A stretch of 64,000 bases of DNA from Thermovirgaceae bacterium (GTDB lineage Bacteria > Synergistota > Synergistia > Synergistales > Thermovirgaceae): NCBI GenBank assembly GCA_040767805.1, contig JAXGNU010000004.1:116763-180762 (forward strand), given 5' to 3'. Below the pieces are notes generated by a model, which saw only the letters and a list, made by a program, of their open reading frames with translations, did not search any database and was not told where the DNA came from. Positions 27,691 to 36,941 of the stretch are shown one piece after another (position 1 is the first letter of the stretch; each line of letters opens with the position of its first letter). The translations under genes were made by a program, and so were the position numbers.

Positions 27691-27864
27691 GGAAGCACAC
27701 CGGTCGTTCCGACTTGGAACCAGCCCGATACCATGAAACTACCCAGGCTCCCCTCTTCCCCTCTCGCCTGCGGCGGCGCCCTTTCGTCGGCTTCCTCAGT
27801 GAGGTTTTGACCTCCCCCGGCAAGGGGGGCTCGATCAGTACCCGGAAAGACCCCAGTGCCTTCC
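27691..27864 (-). ncRNA. Candidate structured RNA or MITE-like element (~174 nt), family unknown
   Basis: The two ends pair over ~40 nt with G-U pairs favouring the minus strand; internal hairpin gaggt-caaa-acctc; intergenic. Confidence 0.35.
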
Positions 27865-27910
27865 CCCGGTAATTCACGCCACTCCGAACCTTGAAAACAA
27901 ATACCCCCCC

Positions 27911-27954
27911 TTGCAAAGCAGAAAAACAGGGCTATAATGTGAATGATCATTCAC
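27911..27954 (+). promoter_or_regulatory. Promoter plus palindromic TetR operator
   Basis: TTGCAA-16-TATAAT immediately followed by the perfect palindrome GTGAATGATCATTCAC (27939-27954). Confidence 0.75.
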
Positions 27955-27972
27955 TTCGGAGGTTGATGGTAG

Positions 27973-28566
27973 ATGGCGGTCAGGTTGGACACGGAAATAC
28001 GAAGGGAGCAGATCATCAGCGCGGCCCTCGGCCTCATCGGGGAGAAGGGGCTCAGAAACTTGAGGATGCCCGACATCGCCCAAAAAGTGGGCCTCGTCCC
28101 TTCCGCGCTCTACCGGCATTTCTCCGGTAAGCAGGAACTGGTCCTCGCTATCGTCGACAGCATCCGGGCGTCCCTCGAGAAGCACCTCGCCCGGTCGGGC
28201 GAGGAAACCCCCGATCCCCTGGAGCGGCTGGGTTTCATCATGGATGAACACCTCAAGATGATCGGTGGATCCCCGGGGATGCCTCTCCTGGTCCTTTCAG
28301 AGGATGCCGCCTTCGGCGACCCCAAGATGCGGCGCCGGATCCTGGAGATCCACGAATTTTTCAGGAAAGCCTTGGCCGACATCATGAAGGAAGCGATAAA
28401 GACGGAGAGGGTCGGCCCCGATACCGACCCGGGGGAGGCCGCCCTTGTATTCGTGAGCCTCATCCAGCATACAGCGGTCATGACGGCCATCAGCGGCGGT
28501 GATGTCGACCTCGGTCCCCTGGCCAGAAGGGCTTGGGGGAAATATGTAAGGAACCTTGTGGGCTGA
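27973..28566 (+). CDS. TetR/AcrR family regulator
   Basis: RREQIISAA...DIAQKVGLVPSALYRHFSGK HTH. Confidence 0.92.
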   Translation: MAVRLDTEIRREQIISAALGLIGEKGLRNLRMPDIAQKVGLVPSALYRHFSGKQELVLAIVDSIRASLEKHLARSGEETPDPLERLGFIMDEHLKMIGGSPGMPLLVLSEDAAFGDPKMRRRILEIHEFFRKALADIMKEAIKTERVGPDTDPGEAALVFVSLIQHTAVMTAISGGDVDLGPLARRAWGKYVRNLVG

Positions 28567-28583
28567 AATAATTTTTCACTATA

Positions 28584-28599
28584 GTGAATGAAAATTCAC
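28584..28599. promoter_or_regulatory. Second putative TetR operator
   Basis: GTGAATGAAAATTCAC, 14/16 identical to the upstream palindrome. Confidence 0.7.
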
Positions 28600-28616
28600 T
28601 TTTGCGAGGTGAAATA

Positions 28617-29948
28617 ATGAAACCGAGGACTGGATCTTATTACCTCGTTGGAGCGGCGATGACCGCCGTTTTTTTGCTCGGGCCCGTCGCGGCCCTGGCC
28701 TCGGAGACACAACCCTTGACGCTCGATAAATGCCTTGACGCGGCTCTTTCCGGAAACCGCGGCATCGAAGCTCTCAAGCATCGAGTGGATGTTTCCGCCG
28801 CGAAGGTCGACGAGACCCTGGCGAAAATGGGGCCGAAGCTTTTCGCCGTGGGGAAATACCTGGCCGCCGGGGAGCAGCAAAGGCTTTGGCCGGCGCGATA
28901 TGACGGCGAGAAGGGCGTCTACGACGACGCCTTCACTGAGGCATCGGTCGTCCTGGAGATACCCCTCTGGGACGGAGGAAAGACAAGGCACAGGACCATG
29001 GCGGACCGGAAACTGCTGGAGGCCGCCAGGAGTTCTCTTGAAAGGCAGGAACAGAAACTGCGTTACGACGTGGAACGCCTCTTTTTCATGGCCCTTTCCG
29101 TCAAGGAAAATATCGGGGCGCTGGAAGCATCGCTGGGGTCACTGCTCCAGCATGGGGAGGACGTGCAGGCCATGGTCGACTCCGGCAAAGCGGCGCGGGT
29201 CGATACCCTCAGGATGGACGCGGAAGTGGCTTTGACGCGTGAACGGTTGCTGGGGGCAAGGCATGAACTGGAAAGCCTCAAGGAGGACCTCCTCTTTATA
29301 ACCGGGATCGACGGCAAGGGCGAGGATTTTGACCTGGAAGGCCCTTTCCCGGAAACACCGGACATCGATGACCTCAGCGTCGAGGATAGAGCCTCGAAAG
29401 CCCTTGAAAAAAGGCCGGATTACAAAGCCGCCCTCGACAAAGCGGCGGCCGGCAAGGAGGGCGTGCTCGCGACCCTGGCGTCGAAAAACCCTGAGTTCTT
29501 CCTCAGGGGGCTGCATGGATACCGGGGTGCTTCCAACGGGGCCGGCGAATCCAGGACAGACGTGGAACTGGCCGTGGAGATACCCCTTCTCGACGGGGGA
29601 CTATCTTCGGCAAGGAGGCGCCAGGCGGCCTCCGAAGCGGCGGCCGCGGAAGCGGAGGCCCGCGAGATGGCTTCCCGGGTTTACTTCGAGGTCTCCGAGG
29701 CTGTACGGGCCTACGAATTCGCACGGGAGAGGATTATTGTAACGGAGGCGGCGGTCAGGGCGGCTGAAGAGGCCCTCCGGATAGAAAAGTTGAGGTTCCG
29801 GTCGGGCAAGGGGACTACCACCGACGTGCTTTCGTCCCAGGCGGCATGGCTGTCGGCCCGCGCCGGGCGGGATGCCGCGCTGGCGGATGGTGCCATCGCC
29901 GCGGCAAGGCTGACCTTCGCGATGGGAGGCGGATCCGGTGAATACTAG
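28617..29948 (+). CDS. TolC-family outer membrane efflux protein
   Basis: Signal peptide, LEIPLWDGG/VEIPLLDGG repeats, helical coils; operon context. Confidence 0.88.
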   Translation: MKPRTGSYYLVGAAMTAVFLLGPVAALASETQPLTLDKCLDAALSGNRGIEALKHRVDVSAAKVDETLAKMGPKLFAVGKYLAAGEQQRLWPARYDGEKGVYDDAFTEASVVLEIPLWDGGKTRHRTMADRKLLEAARSSLERQEQKLRYDVERLFFMALSVKENIGALEASLGSLLQHGEDVQAMVDSGKAARVDTLRMDAEVALTRERLLGARHELESLKEDLLFITGIDGKGEDFDLEGPFPETPDIDDLSVEDRASKALEKRPDYKAALDKAAAGKEGVLATLASKNPEFFLRGLHGYRGASNGAGESRTDVELAVEIPLLDGGLSSARRRQAASEAAAAEAEAREMASRVYFEVSEAVRAYEFARERIIVTEAAVRAAEEALRIEKLRFRSGKGTTTDVLSSQAAWLSARAGRDAALADGAIAAARLTFAMGGGSGEY

Positions 29949-31137
29949 GATCAGAAACCTGGTCAAAAAACCATGGCTCCTTGTCCTTGTCGTGCTTGTA
30001 GCCGGCGCGATGATCCTGCTCAGGTTACGGACAAGCCAGATCGAGAGCGCCGCGGAATTCCACCCGAGCCCTCTGAAGGTGGCGACTGAGGTCGCCGCCA
30101 GGGGCAGCCTGGCGGAAAAGAAGCGGTACCTAGCGACGATGGAGCCCCTCGCGACGGCGGAGGTCGCCTCACAGGTGACGGCCCGTATCGACGAGGTCTT
30201 CGTCGACATCGGCGATGAGGTCTCATCCGGGGAACTCCTTGCCGTCCTGGACGGTTCCGAAGCGGGGTACCAGTTCCAAGCCACCAAGTCCCGCATTTCC
30301 GAGGCCGAGGCCGAGATGGAGGGATTGAGGATGCGGAAGGTCTCCATCGAAAAGAACGCGGCCTACTGGCGTGAAGAGGCCGGGCGGGCGGCCTTCCTGT
30401 TTTCTGAAGGCGCCATAGCGAGATCGGAGTTGGAGATGGCTTCCCTGAAAGAAGCGGAGGCCCAGGCGGCATTAAAGGAGATCCAAAGCAGGATACGGGC
30501 GTTGAAGGAAAGGCAGGGTTCCCTGGCTTCCGAGGCGGCCGCCTTCCGGGAGAGGTTGGCGCTCTTCTCCATCAGGAGTCCCTTCGACGGCACCGTGACC
30601 GCCCGCCGGGCGGAGCCGGGGAACCTCGCCAGGCCGGGGGAGGCCCTTTTCACCGTGGAGGACAGGAGCGGGTGGAGGGTGATCTTCAGGGTTCCCCAGG
30701 AAGACCTGGGACTTATCAGGATCGGTCAGCCCATATCGAGTTCCTTCGGCCGGTCTTCCATCAAGGGCCGGGTAGACCGCGTCTCGCCTTCCCTCGACGC
30801 GGCCAGGATGGGGCGCGTTGAGGCGACGCTCGGGAAGGACCCGGGCGATGCCGCACCGAAGGCGTACGGGCGGGGGGTCTCCCTGACCATCGATGTCACC
30901 CTCGGCACCCACGAGGATGTGATCACCATCCCGGCGGAAGGGGTCATACGGGCCGGGGAGAGATCTTTTGTCTACACGGTCTCCGGAGGCAGGCTGAACA
31001 AGCAGGAGGTGGTCGTGGTGGCCTCCGACGGGGAAAGGTCCGCCGTTAGGGGCCTCTCCGAGGGCGACCACGTGGTCCGGAACAGCCCCTTCGGGTGGGC
31101 GGCGTTATCCGAGGGCCGCGAGGTGAGCGAAGAATGA
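29938..31137 (+). CDS. RND efflux periplasmic adaptor subunit
   Basis: VDIGDEVSSGELLAVLD and IRSPFDGTV lipoyl-like halves flanking a coiled coil. Confidence 0.9.
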   Translation: MNTRIRNLVKKPWLLVLVVLVAGAMILLRLRTSQIESAAEFHPSPLKVATEVAARGSLAEKKRYLATMEPLATAEVASQVTARIDEVFVDIGDEVSSGELLAVLDGSEAGYQFQATKSRISEAEAEMEGLRMRKVSIEKNAAYWREEAGRAAFLFSEGAIARSELEMASLKEAEAQAALKEIQSRIRALKERQGSLASEAAAFRERLALFSIRSPFDGTVTARRAEPGNLARPGEALFTVEDRSGWRVIFRVPQEDLGLIRIGQPISSSFGRSSIKGRVDRVSPSLDAARMGRVEATLGKDPGDAAPKAYGRGVSLTIDVTLGTHEDVITIPAEGVIRAGERSFVYTVSGGRLNKQEVVVVASDGERSAVRGLSEGDHVVRNSPFGWAALSEGREVSEE

Positions 31138-34100
31138 ACCTTGCCAAGTGGTCCCTCGAGCACCCCTACCTTGTCCTTGCCCTGGCCTGCGCGGTGGGTG
31201 TCCTGGGCCTGGCCGGTGTGATGTCCTCACCCAGGGACCTTTTCCCCGACACCACGCCTCCGCAGGTGCTGGTCGTTACCGTCAGGGAAGGGGCGTCGGC
31301 CCCGGAGATGGCCAGGACCGTAACGGAGCCCCTCGAGCGGGAGATCAGCGGCCTCAACGGTTTGGCCAACCAGACCAGCACGACCGCCGACGGCGTTTCT
31401 TCGCTCCGGGCGGAGTTCACCTACGGGAAAAAGGTGTCCGAAGCCGTGACGGAGGTCCGGAACGCCCTCGCTGCCGTAACGCCCAGGTTCCCGGCCGGAA
31501 CGGCGGAACCCCTTGTCTACAGCATCACCAGCCGCACCGCGCCGGCGATGACCCTGGCCCTGTCCCCCCTTGACGAAGGGGGGCCGACCCTCTCCGAGAT
31601 CCGCTTGCTTGCGGAACACGTCATCAGGGACGAACTGCTACGGATCCCCGGGGTGGGCGAAGTCGAGGTCTTCGGAGGCCATCACCCTTCCGTCGAGGTA
31701 TCGGTCGACAGGGACCTCCTCGCCGCTTCGGGCCTTTCTCTCGAAGGCCTGATCGGGGCGATCGCCAAGCAGAACATTTCCGCTCCCGCCGGACGCTTGA
31801 CCGTGGAGGGCGCGGAGATCCATTTCACCCTGGACTCGCTTTTTCCCGGGGTTGATCAAGTAGGGGATACCGTGATCGCCTCACCGGAAGGCGGTGCGGT
31901 GAACCTCAGGGATGTAGCGCGTGTCGGGATAGGCGAGATGCCCCAAAGGAGCCTCTATCACGGGAACGGGCGGCCGGCCATTGCGGTGAATGTGCTGAGG
32001 GCCGAAGGAAGCGACACCATTCGGGTCGTGAAGGCGGTTATGGACCTCATCCCGGAGTTGGAGTCCCGCTTCAGAAGCATGCGGATCGAGGTGACCGACA
32101 GCCAGAAGCCCCTCATCGAACTCAATATCTCCGGCATGTACGGATCGCTCGTGCAGGCGATAATCCTGATAGTGGTGGTGAACTTCCTGTTCCTGGGCAA
32201 CCTCGCGGCGGCCCTGGTATCCTCAGTCAGCATCGCCCTTTCATTCCTGTTCGGCCTCGCCGTTATCTGGGCCAGCCCCTACACCATCGACATGGTGACC
32301 CTCACGGGAATGATCGTCGCCGTCGGGATGGTGGTCGACGCTTCGGTGGTGGTCCTGGAGAATATTTTCAGGGTCCATGAGGCGACGGGCATGAAGGACC
32401 CACGCGGCGCGGCCGTGGCCGGGGCGAAGGAAGTGGCCCTTTCCGTGACGGCCGGCATGCTGACCACCGTTATCGTCCTTCTCCCCGTCATGGGTTCCAG
32501 CGGCTACACGAGCCGGGTGCTCAGGCCCCTAAACATGGTGCTCTTCGCCACGCTGGCCGCCTCCCTCGTGGCGGCGCTCACGATAATCCCCCTCCTGGCC
32601 GGGTTCGTGCTGGAGGGCAAAGGACACCGCCCGTCAGGCGTACTCCGGAAGATAACCTCCTGGTTCGACGGGGTACTGAAAAAGGTCGTCACTTTTTACA
32701 TCGAACTGCTCAAAGTCAGCCTGAGGCACCGGGGCCTGACGGTCGCGGCCTTCGCCCTTTTCTTCCTGCTGACCCTTCGCCTGGTGATGCCCCTTTTGGG
32801 AGGGGAGATGATGCCCCCCATGGACACGGGCATTGCCTTCATCGAATTTGAAAACCCCGCTGGAAGATCTCCGGAAGCCGTCGAAAAGACCCTGACCGCC
32901 ATGGAAAAGAAGATCCTCGAGGAGAAGCACGTATTGTCCCTTTCATCGCAGGTGGGCTCGGAGCCCGGGTCGCCCAGCTTCGGGGGCGGTTCAACCCCCC
33001 AGGCCGGGCGAATCAAGGTCCTCATGGTGGACCGTTCGAAGCGGAAGGAAAATATTTGGGAGATCCTTGACCGCTGGAGGGATGATTTCAAAAATATCGA
33101 GGGGTTGCGATGGTCAAGGCTCACCGAGTACGGCGCCACGCCGAGGGCCACAACCAAGGCCCCGCTCGATGTAATCATCAGCGGCCCCGATGCGCCCCTG
33201 CTGGATAGCCTCGCCAGGGAAGCGGTGTCCGCCATGGAGGGCGTAAAGGGGTTGGGGGACGTACACCAGAGCTGGTTCATAGAGAAGGAGACTCGGAATA
33301 TCGAGGTCGACCCCTACCTTGCCTCGCGGTACCGCACCTCGCCGATGGACATCGCCCGTGAAGTGGGCACGGCCCTGAACGGCCGCACCGTCACCTACCT
33401 GAAAGTCCCCTCTTTCTCCGATATCCCGGTGAGGGTTTTTTACGAGGACCGGTACCTGGAGAAAGAGGAGGATATCCTGGATGTGACCATCGTGACCAGG
33501 GACGGCCTTCTGCCCCTTTCGGCCCTCGCGAGGGTGCGCACCGTTCCTGAAGCGCCCCTCATCACCAGGGAAAGGCTGAGGAACACCATAGACATCACCG
33601 GGGTCAACCGGGGCCGCACCATCAAGCATGTGACGAGCGAGGTGAAACTTCGGCTCCGGGGTATTCAGCCCCCGGACGGTTACTCCATCGAGGTCGCGGG
33701 GAGCTCAGCTGACCTTGGAGAGAGCATGGCCATGCTCGGCAAGGCCCTCCTTTTGGGGGTGGTGCTCCTCTACTTCCTTCTGGTCTCCCTCTTCAGGTCC
33801 TTCCTTTACCCTTTGACGATCCTTTCGATAGTCCCACCGGCTGTCGCGGGGGGGTTGTGGGGGCTTCTTCTCTTCAACAAATCGATGTCGATGAACGCCG
33901 CCATGGGGTTCATCCTCCTCGCCGGGACCGTCGTGAACAACAGCATCCTCCTGGTGGATTTCATCATTGAATCCAGGAAGCGGGGGGCTTCGCGAACCCT
34001 CGCCGTCGTCAGGTCGGTCAAGACCCGCACAAGGCCTATCCTGATGACCGTCACCTCGACCATCATCGGTTTGACGCCGCTGGTCATGGAGTGGGCCGTC

Positions 34101-34265
34101 GGCCTGGAGAGGATGAGCCCCCTGGGGATCGTCGCCGCAAGCGGGCTGATATTCGGGACTTTTGTCACGATGATCTTCGTCCCGGTCATCTATTCCGTCA
34201 TAGACGATATCGCTTCAAGGGCGGCGGCCCTGGTCGGTAGAACAGGGGAAGATCCCGCCCCGTGA
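31134..34265 (+). CDS. RND efflux permease (AcrB/CusA family)
   Basis: ~1040 aa; GMVVDASVVVLENI, GTVVNNSILLVD, RTRPILMT. Confidence 0.92.
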   Translation: MNLAKWSLEHPYLVLALACAVGVLGLAGVMSSPRDLFPDTTPPQVLVVTVREGASAPEMARTVTEPLEREISGLNGLANQTSTTADGVSSLRAEFTYGKKVSEAVTEVRNALAAVTPRFPAGTAEPLVYSITSRTAPAMTLALSPLDEGGPTLSEIRLLAEHVIRDELLRIPGVGEVEVFGGHHPSVEVSVDRDLLAASGLSLEGLIGAIAKQNISAPAGRLTVEGAEIHFTLDSLFPGVDQVGDTVIASPEGGAVNLRDVARVGIGEMPQRSLYHGNGRPAIAVNVLRAEGSDTIRVVKAVMDLIPELESRFRSMRIEVTDSQKPLIELNISGMYGSLVQAIILIVVVNFLFLGNLAAALVSSVSIALSFLFGLAVIWASPYTIDMVTLTGMIVAVGMVVDASVVVLENIFRVHEATGMKDPRGAAVAGAKEVALSVTAGMLTTVIVLLPVMGSSGYTSRVLRPLNMVLFATLAASLVAALTIIPLLAGFVLEGKGHRPSGVLRKITSWFDGVLKKVVTFYIELLKVSLRHRGLTVAAFALFFLLTLRLVMPLLGGEMMPPMDTGIAFIEFENPAGRSPEAVEKTLTAMEKKILEEKHVLSLSSQVGSEPGSPSFGGGSTPQAGRIKVLMVDRSKRKENIWEILDRWRDDFKNIEGLRWSRLTEYGATPRATTKAPLDVIISGPDAPLLDSLAREAVSAMEGVKGLGDVHQSWFIEKETRNIEVDPYLASRYRTSPMDIAREVGTALNGRTVTYLKVPSFSDIPVRVFYEDRYLEKEEDILDVTIVTRDGLLPLSALARVRTVPEAPLITRERLRNTIDITGVNRGRTIKHVTSEVKLRLRGIQPPDGYSIEVAGSSADLGESMAMLGKALLLGVVLLYFLLVSLFRSFLYPLTILSIVPPAVAGGLWGLLLFNKSMSMNAAMGFILLAGTVVNNSILLVDFIIESRKRGASRTLAVVRSVKTRTRPILMTVTSTIIGLTPLVMEWAVGLERMSPLGIVAASGLIFGTFVTMIFVPVIYSVIDDIASRAAALVGRTGEDPAP

Positions 34266-34441
34266 AGAGCGTGCCGACCATATCCGCCACGCCGGCGTCG
34301 AGGACGCCCGGGTGAGTACCCGCGACCCAAGGCCCCGGGGCCGCTTTCTGATATATTATACGGAACCGAACCCCCTCTTTCCACAAAAGGCACAACCGGG
34401 GGGGAAGCGAAGATAGGTTAGAGCGAGGGAGGGGTCACCCG

Positions 34442-35320
34442 ATGGGGAAAGAGGGGATCACACCGGAAATACTGGAAAGGATCAAGGTCTTCCAGAGGAC
34501 GGAGATCACCGAGTACCACGTTTACAAGAGGCTGGCCCGGTGGATGAAGGGCAAGAACCGGGAGGTCCTTGAAAAGATCGCCCAGGACGAGAAGCGGCAC
34601 GCCGGGATATGGCGGCGCTACACCGGTGAGAGCCTTGCGCCCGACCGGCTGATGCTGTACTGGTACCTGCTGCTGGCCTTCGTGTTCGGCGTCACCTTCG
34701 CCATAAAGATCATGGAGCGGAACGAGGGCTCCGCCGGGGAGGCCTACGGCGCCGTGGCGGACGTCCTCCCCGTGGCTACGGAAATAATGCACGACGAGGA
34801 GGAACACGAGAAGGCCCTCATCGACCTCCTCGACGAGGAGCGGCTCAAGTACATCGGGTCCATGGTGCTCGGGCTCAACGACGCCCTGGTGGAGCTGACC
34901 GGCGCCCTGGCGGGTTTCACCTTCGCCCTCACCGACGGCAGGGTGGTGGGCGTCGCCGGCCTCATCACCGGCGTGGCCGCCACCCTCTCCATGGGCGCCT
35001 CGGAATTCCTCTCCCAGAGGACCGACAGCGGCGACCTCAACCCGCTGAAGGCCGCGGTCTACACCGGGATCGCCTACCTGGTCACCGTCGCCCTGCTGGT
35101 GGCGCCCTTCTTCATAGTCGGGAACGTTTACGCCGCCCTCACCTGGTCCCTTTTCAACGCGCTGGTGGTCATACTACTCTTCTCCTTTTTCGTATCGGTG
35201 GTGAAGGAGACCCCCTTCAGGCCCGCTTTCCTGGAGATGGCCGCCATAAGCCTCGGCGTCGCGGCGATCTCCTTCCTGATCGGCCTGGTCGCGAGGCGCT
35301 TCATCCCGGTGGACATCTAG
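34442..35320 (+). CDS. Rubrerythrin-like domain + VIT1/CCC1 transporter fusion
   Basis: DEKRH and DEEEHE di-iron motifs; VLGLNDALVE and LSMGASEFLS VIT motifs. Confidence 0.85.
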   Translation: MGKEGITPEILERIKVFQRTEITEYHVYKRLARWMKGKNREVLEKIAQDEKRHAGIWRRYTGESLAPDRLMLYWYLLLAFVFGVTFAIKIMERNEGSAGEAYGAVADVLPVATEIMHDEEEHEKALIDLLDEERLKYIGSMVLGLNDALVELTGALAGFTFALTDGRVVGVAGLITGVAATLSMGASEFLSQRTDSGDLNPLKAAVYTGIAYLVTVALLVAPFFIVGNVYAALTWSLFNALVVILLFSFFVSVVKETPFRPAFLEMAAISLGVAAISFLIGLVARRFIPVDI

Positions 35321-35334
35321 AAGGGGCCCCTGGA

Positions 35335-36936
35335 ATGGCCGGGACAGCCATTGGGATCAGGGGCTCCCTGTGGACCGGCGACCCGCGGAGGCCCCGGGCC
35401 GATGCTCTCGTCGTCAAGGGCGGCGATATCGTCTCCGTGGGGAGTTACGAGGAGGTCAGGAACGCCCCCCGTCCAGGGGGCGTCGAATGGATCGACGCCG
35501 GCCGCCGCACGGTCCTCCCCGGGATGACGGATTCGCACCTGCACCTCGGGGCCCTCGTCAAGCAGGGGTCGGCCCTATCCCTTTACGAGGCGTCATCGAG
35601 GGAAGACCTCCTGGCGATGGTCCGCCGTAAGGGAGCCGAACTTGGCCCCGGCTGCTGGGTTCACGGGGTCCGTTTCGACAACTCACGCTGGCCCGACACG
35701 GCCCTGCCCACGCTGGAGGAACTGGACGACCTGGGCCTTCCCAACCCGGTCCTCCTCGTCCGCGTCTGCACCCACGTGCACGTGGTCAACAGCAGGGCCC
35801 TCCAGGAGGCCGGGCTCTCGGCGGAGGGCCTCTCCGGCGCCGGCGTAGTCCGAGACGGGCGGGGTCGTTTCACCGGGGCGCTCCTCGAGGGCTTCGCCGG
35901 GCCGGTGATCCGGGCCATGGGGAGGGACTCGGCCGGGGCGGTCCGGGCCTTGAAGGAAACCATGCTCGCCCTGGCGTCGGAGGGCATCACCGGCGTCCAT
36001 ACCTGCAGCGCCCCGTCCTACGGCCTGGGGGAGGACCTGGGGGCCTACCGGGCCCTTCACGAGCGCGGGGAACTCCCCGTCAGGGTGCGCCTTTACAGCG
36101 ACGAACCCCTCCCCGGATGGAAGTCCAGCGGCGAGGGCGACGAGTGGCTATGCTACGGGGGGAGGAAGTTTTTCCTCGACGGCTCCCTGGGAGGCCGGAC
36201 GGCGGCGATGACCTTCCCCTACGAAGACGCCCCCTCCACCCGGGGGGCTCTCAACATGAGCGACGAGGAGTTCCTCCGGCAGGCAAGGGATGAACACGCC
36301 GCCGGGAACCAGTTGCAGGTCCACGCCATCGGCGACGCCGCCGTCGACCAGTTCATCCGGGCGATGGTATCCCTGGGGGACCTGCCCCCCCTCCCGTCGG
36401 GGCTGCGTCACAGGGTCGTTCACCTGCAGGTATGCCGACCGGACCAGGTCCGGGACCTGGCCCGGCTCGGCGCGGTCTGCGATGTCCAGCCCGCCTTCGT
36501 CCCCAGTGACATCGCCATTGCCGAAGGCAGGATAGGCCGCGCCAGGCTGGGGTGGGCCTACGCCTGGAAGAGCATGCTCCGGGCCGGCCTGCTGCTCACC
36601 GGGTCGAGCGACGCCCCCGTGGAGCCCGCCAACCCCTTCAGGGGCGTCTGGGCCGCCGTGAACAGGGTCGACGACGAAGGTCGACCGGCGGGAGGGTGGC
36701 TCCCCAGCCAGAAGTTGACCCTCGACGAGGCCCTTGCCCTTTTCACGGTGAACGCCGCCAGGGCCGTCGGGCAGGGGGGGAGGTCCGGCTCCCTGCGGCC
36801 GGGGTCGAGGGCCGACCTGGTGATCCTCGACCGCGATATCGGCCGCACCCCGCCGGGGGAACTCAAGGACGTCAAGCCGCTCCTGACCATGGCCGGAGGG
36901 AAGATCACCTACCAGGCCGCCGGCGGCGGTCTCTGA
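35335..36936 (+). CDS. Amidohydrolase (YtcJ/Amidohydro_3)
   Basis: PGMTDSHLH, KFFLDGSLGGRTA, HAIGD, GSSDAPV. Confidence 0.9.
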   Translation: MAGTAIGIRGSLWTGDPRRPRADALVVKGGDIVSVGSYEEVRNAPRPGGVEWIDAGRRTVLPGMTDSHLHLGALVKQGSALSLYEASSREDLLAMVRRKGAELGPGCWVHGVRFDNSRWPDTALPTLEELDDLGLPNPVLLVRVCTHVHVVNSRALQEAGLSAEGLSGAGVVRDGRGRFTGALLEGFAGPVIRAMGRDSAGAVRALKETMLALASEGITGVHTCSAPSYGLGEDLGAYRALHERGELPVRVRLYSDEPLPGWKSSGEGDEWLCYGGRKFFLDGSLGGRTAAMTFPYEDAPSTRGALNMSDEEFLRQARDEHAAGNQLQVHAIGDAAVDQFIRAMVSLGDLPPLPSGLRHRVVHLQVCRPDQVRDLARLGAVCDVQPAFVPSDIAIAEGRIGRARLGWAYAWKSMLRAGLLLTGSSDAPVEPANPFRGVWAAVNRVDDEGRPAGGWLPSQKLTLDEALALFTVNAARAVGQGGRSGSLRPGSRADLVILDRDIGRTPPGELKDVKPLLTMAGGKITYQAAGGGL

Positions 36937-36941
36937 AGCCC

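Noticed and set aside
27775..27805. Hammerhead-like CUGAGGA...GAAA on the minus strand
   Set aside because: No proper stem II between the motifs and no stem III/NUH arrangement.
27685..27864. tRNA-Sec or lysine riboswitch identity for the structured element
   Set aside because: Too long and lacks a T-loop and UCA anticodon arm; also lacks the AGAGG start and CUGUC motifs of the lysine riboswitch.
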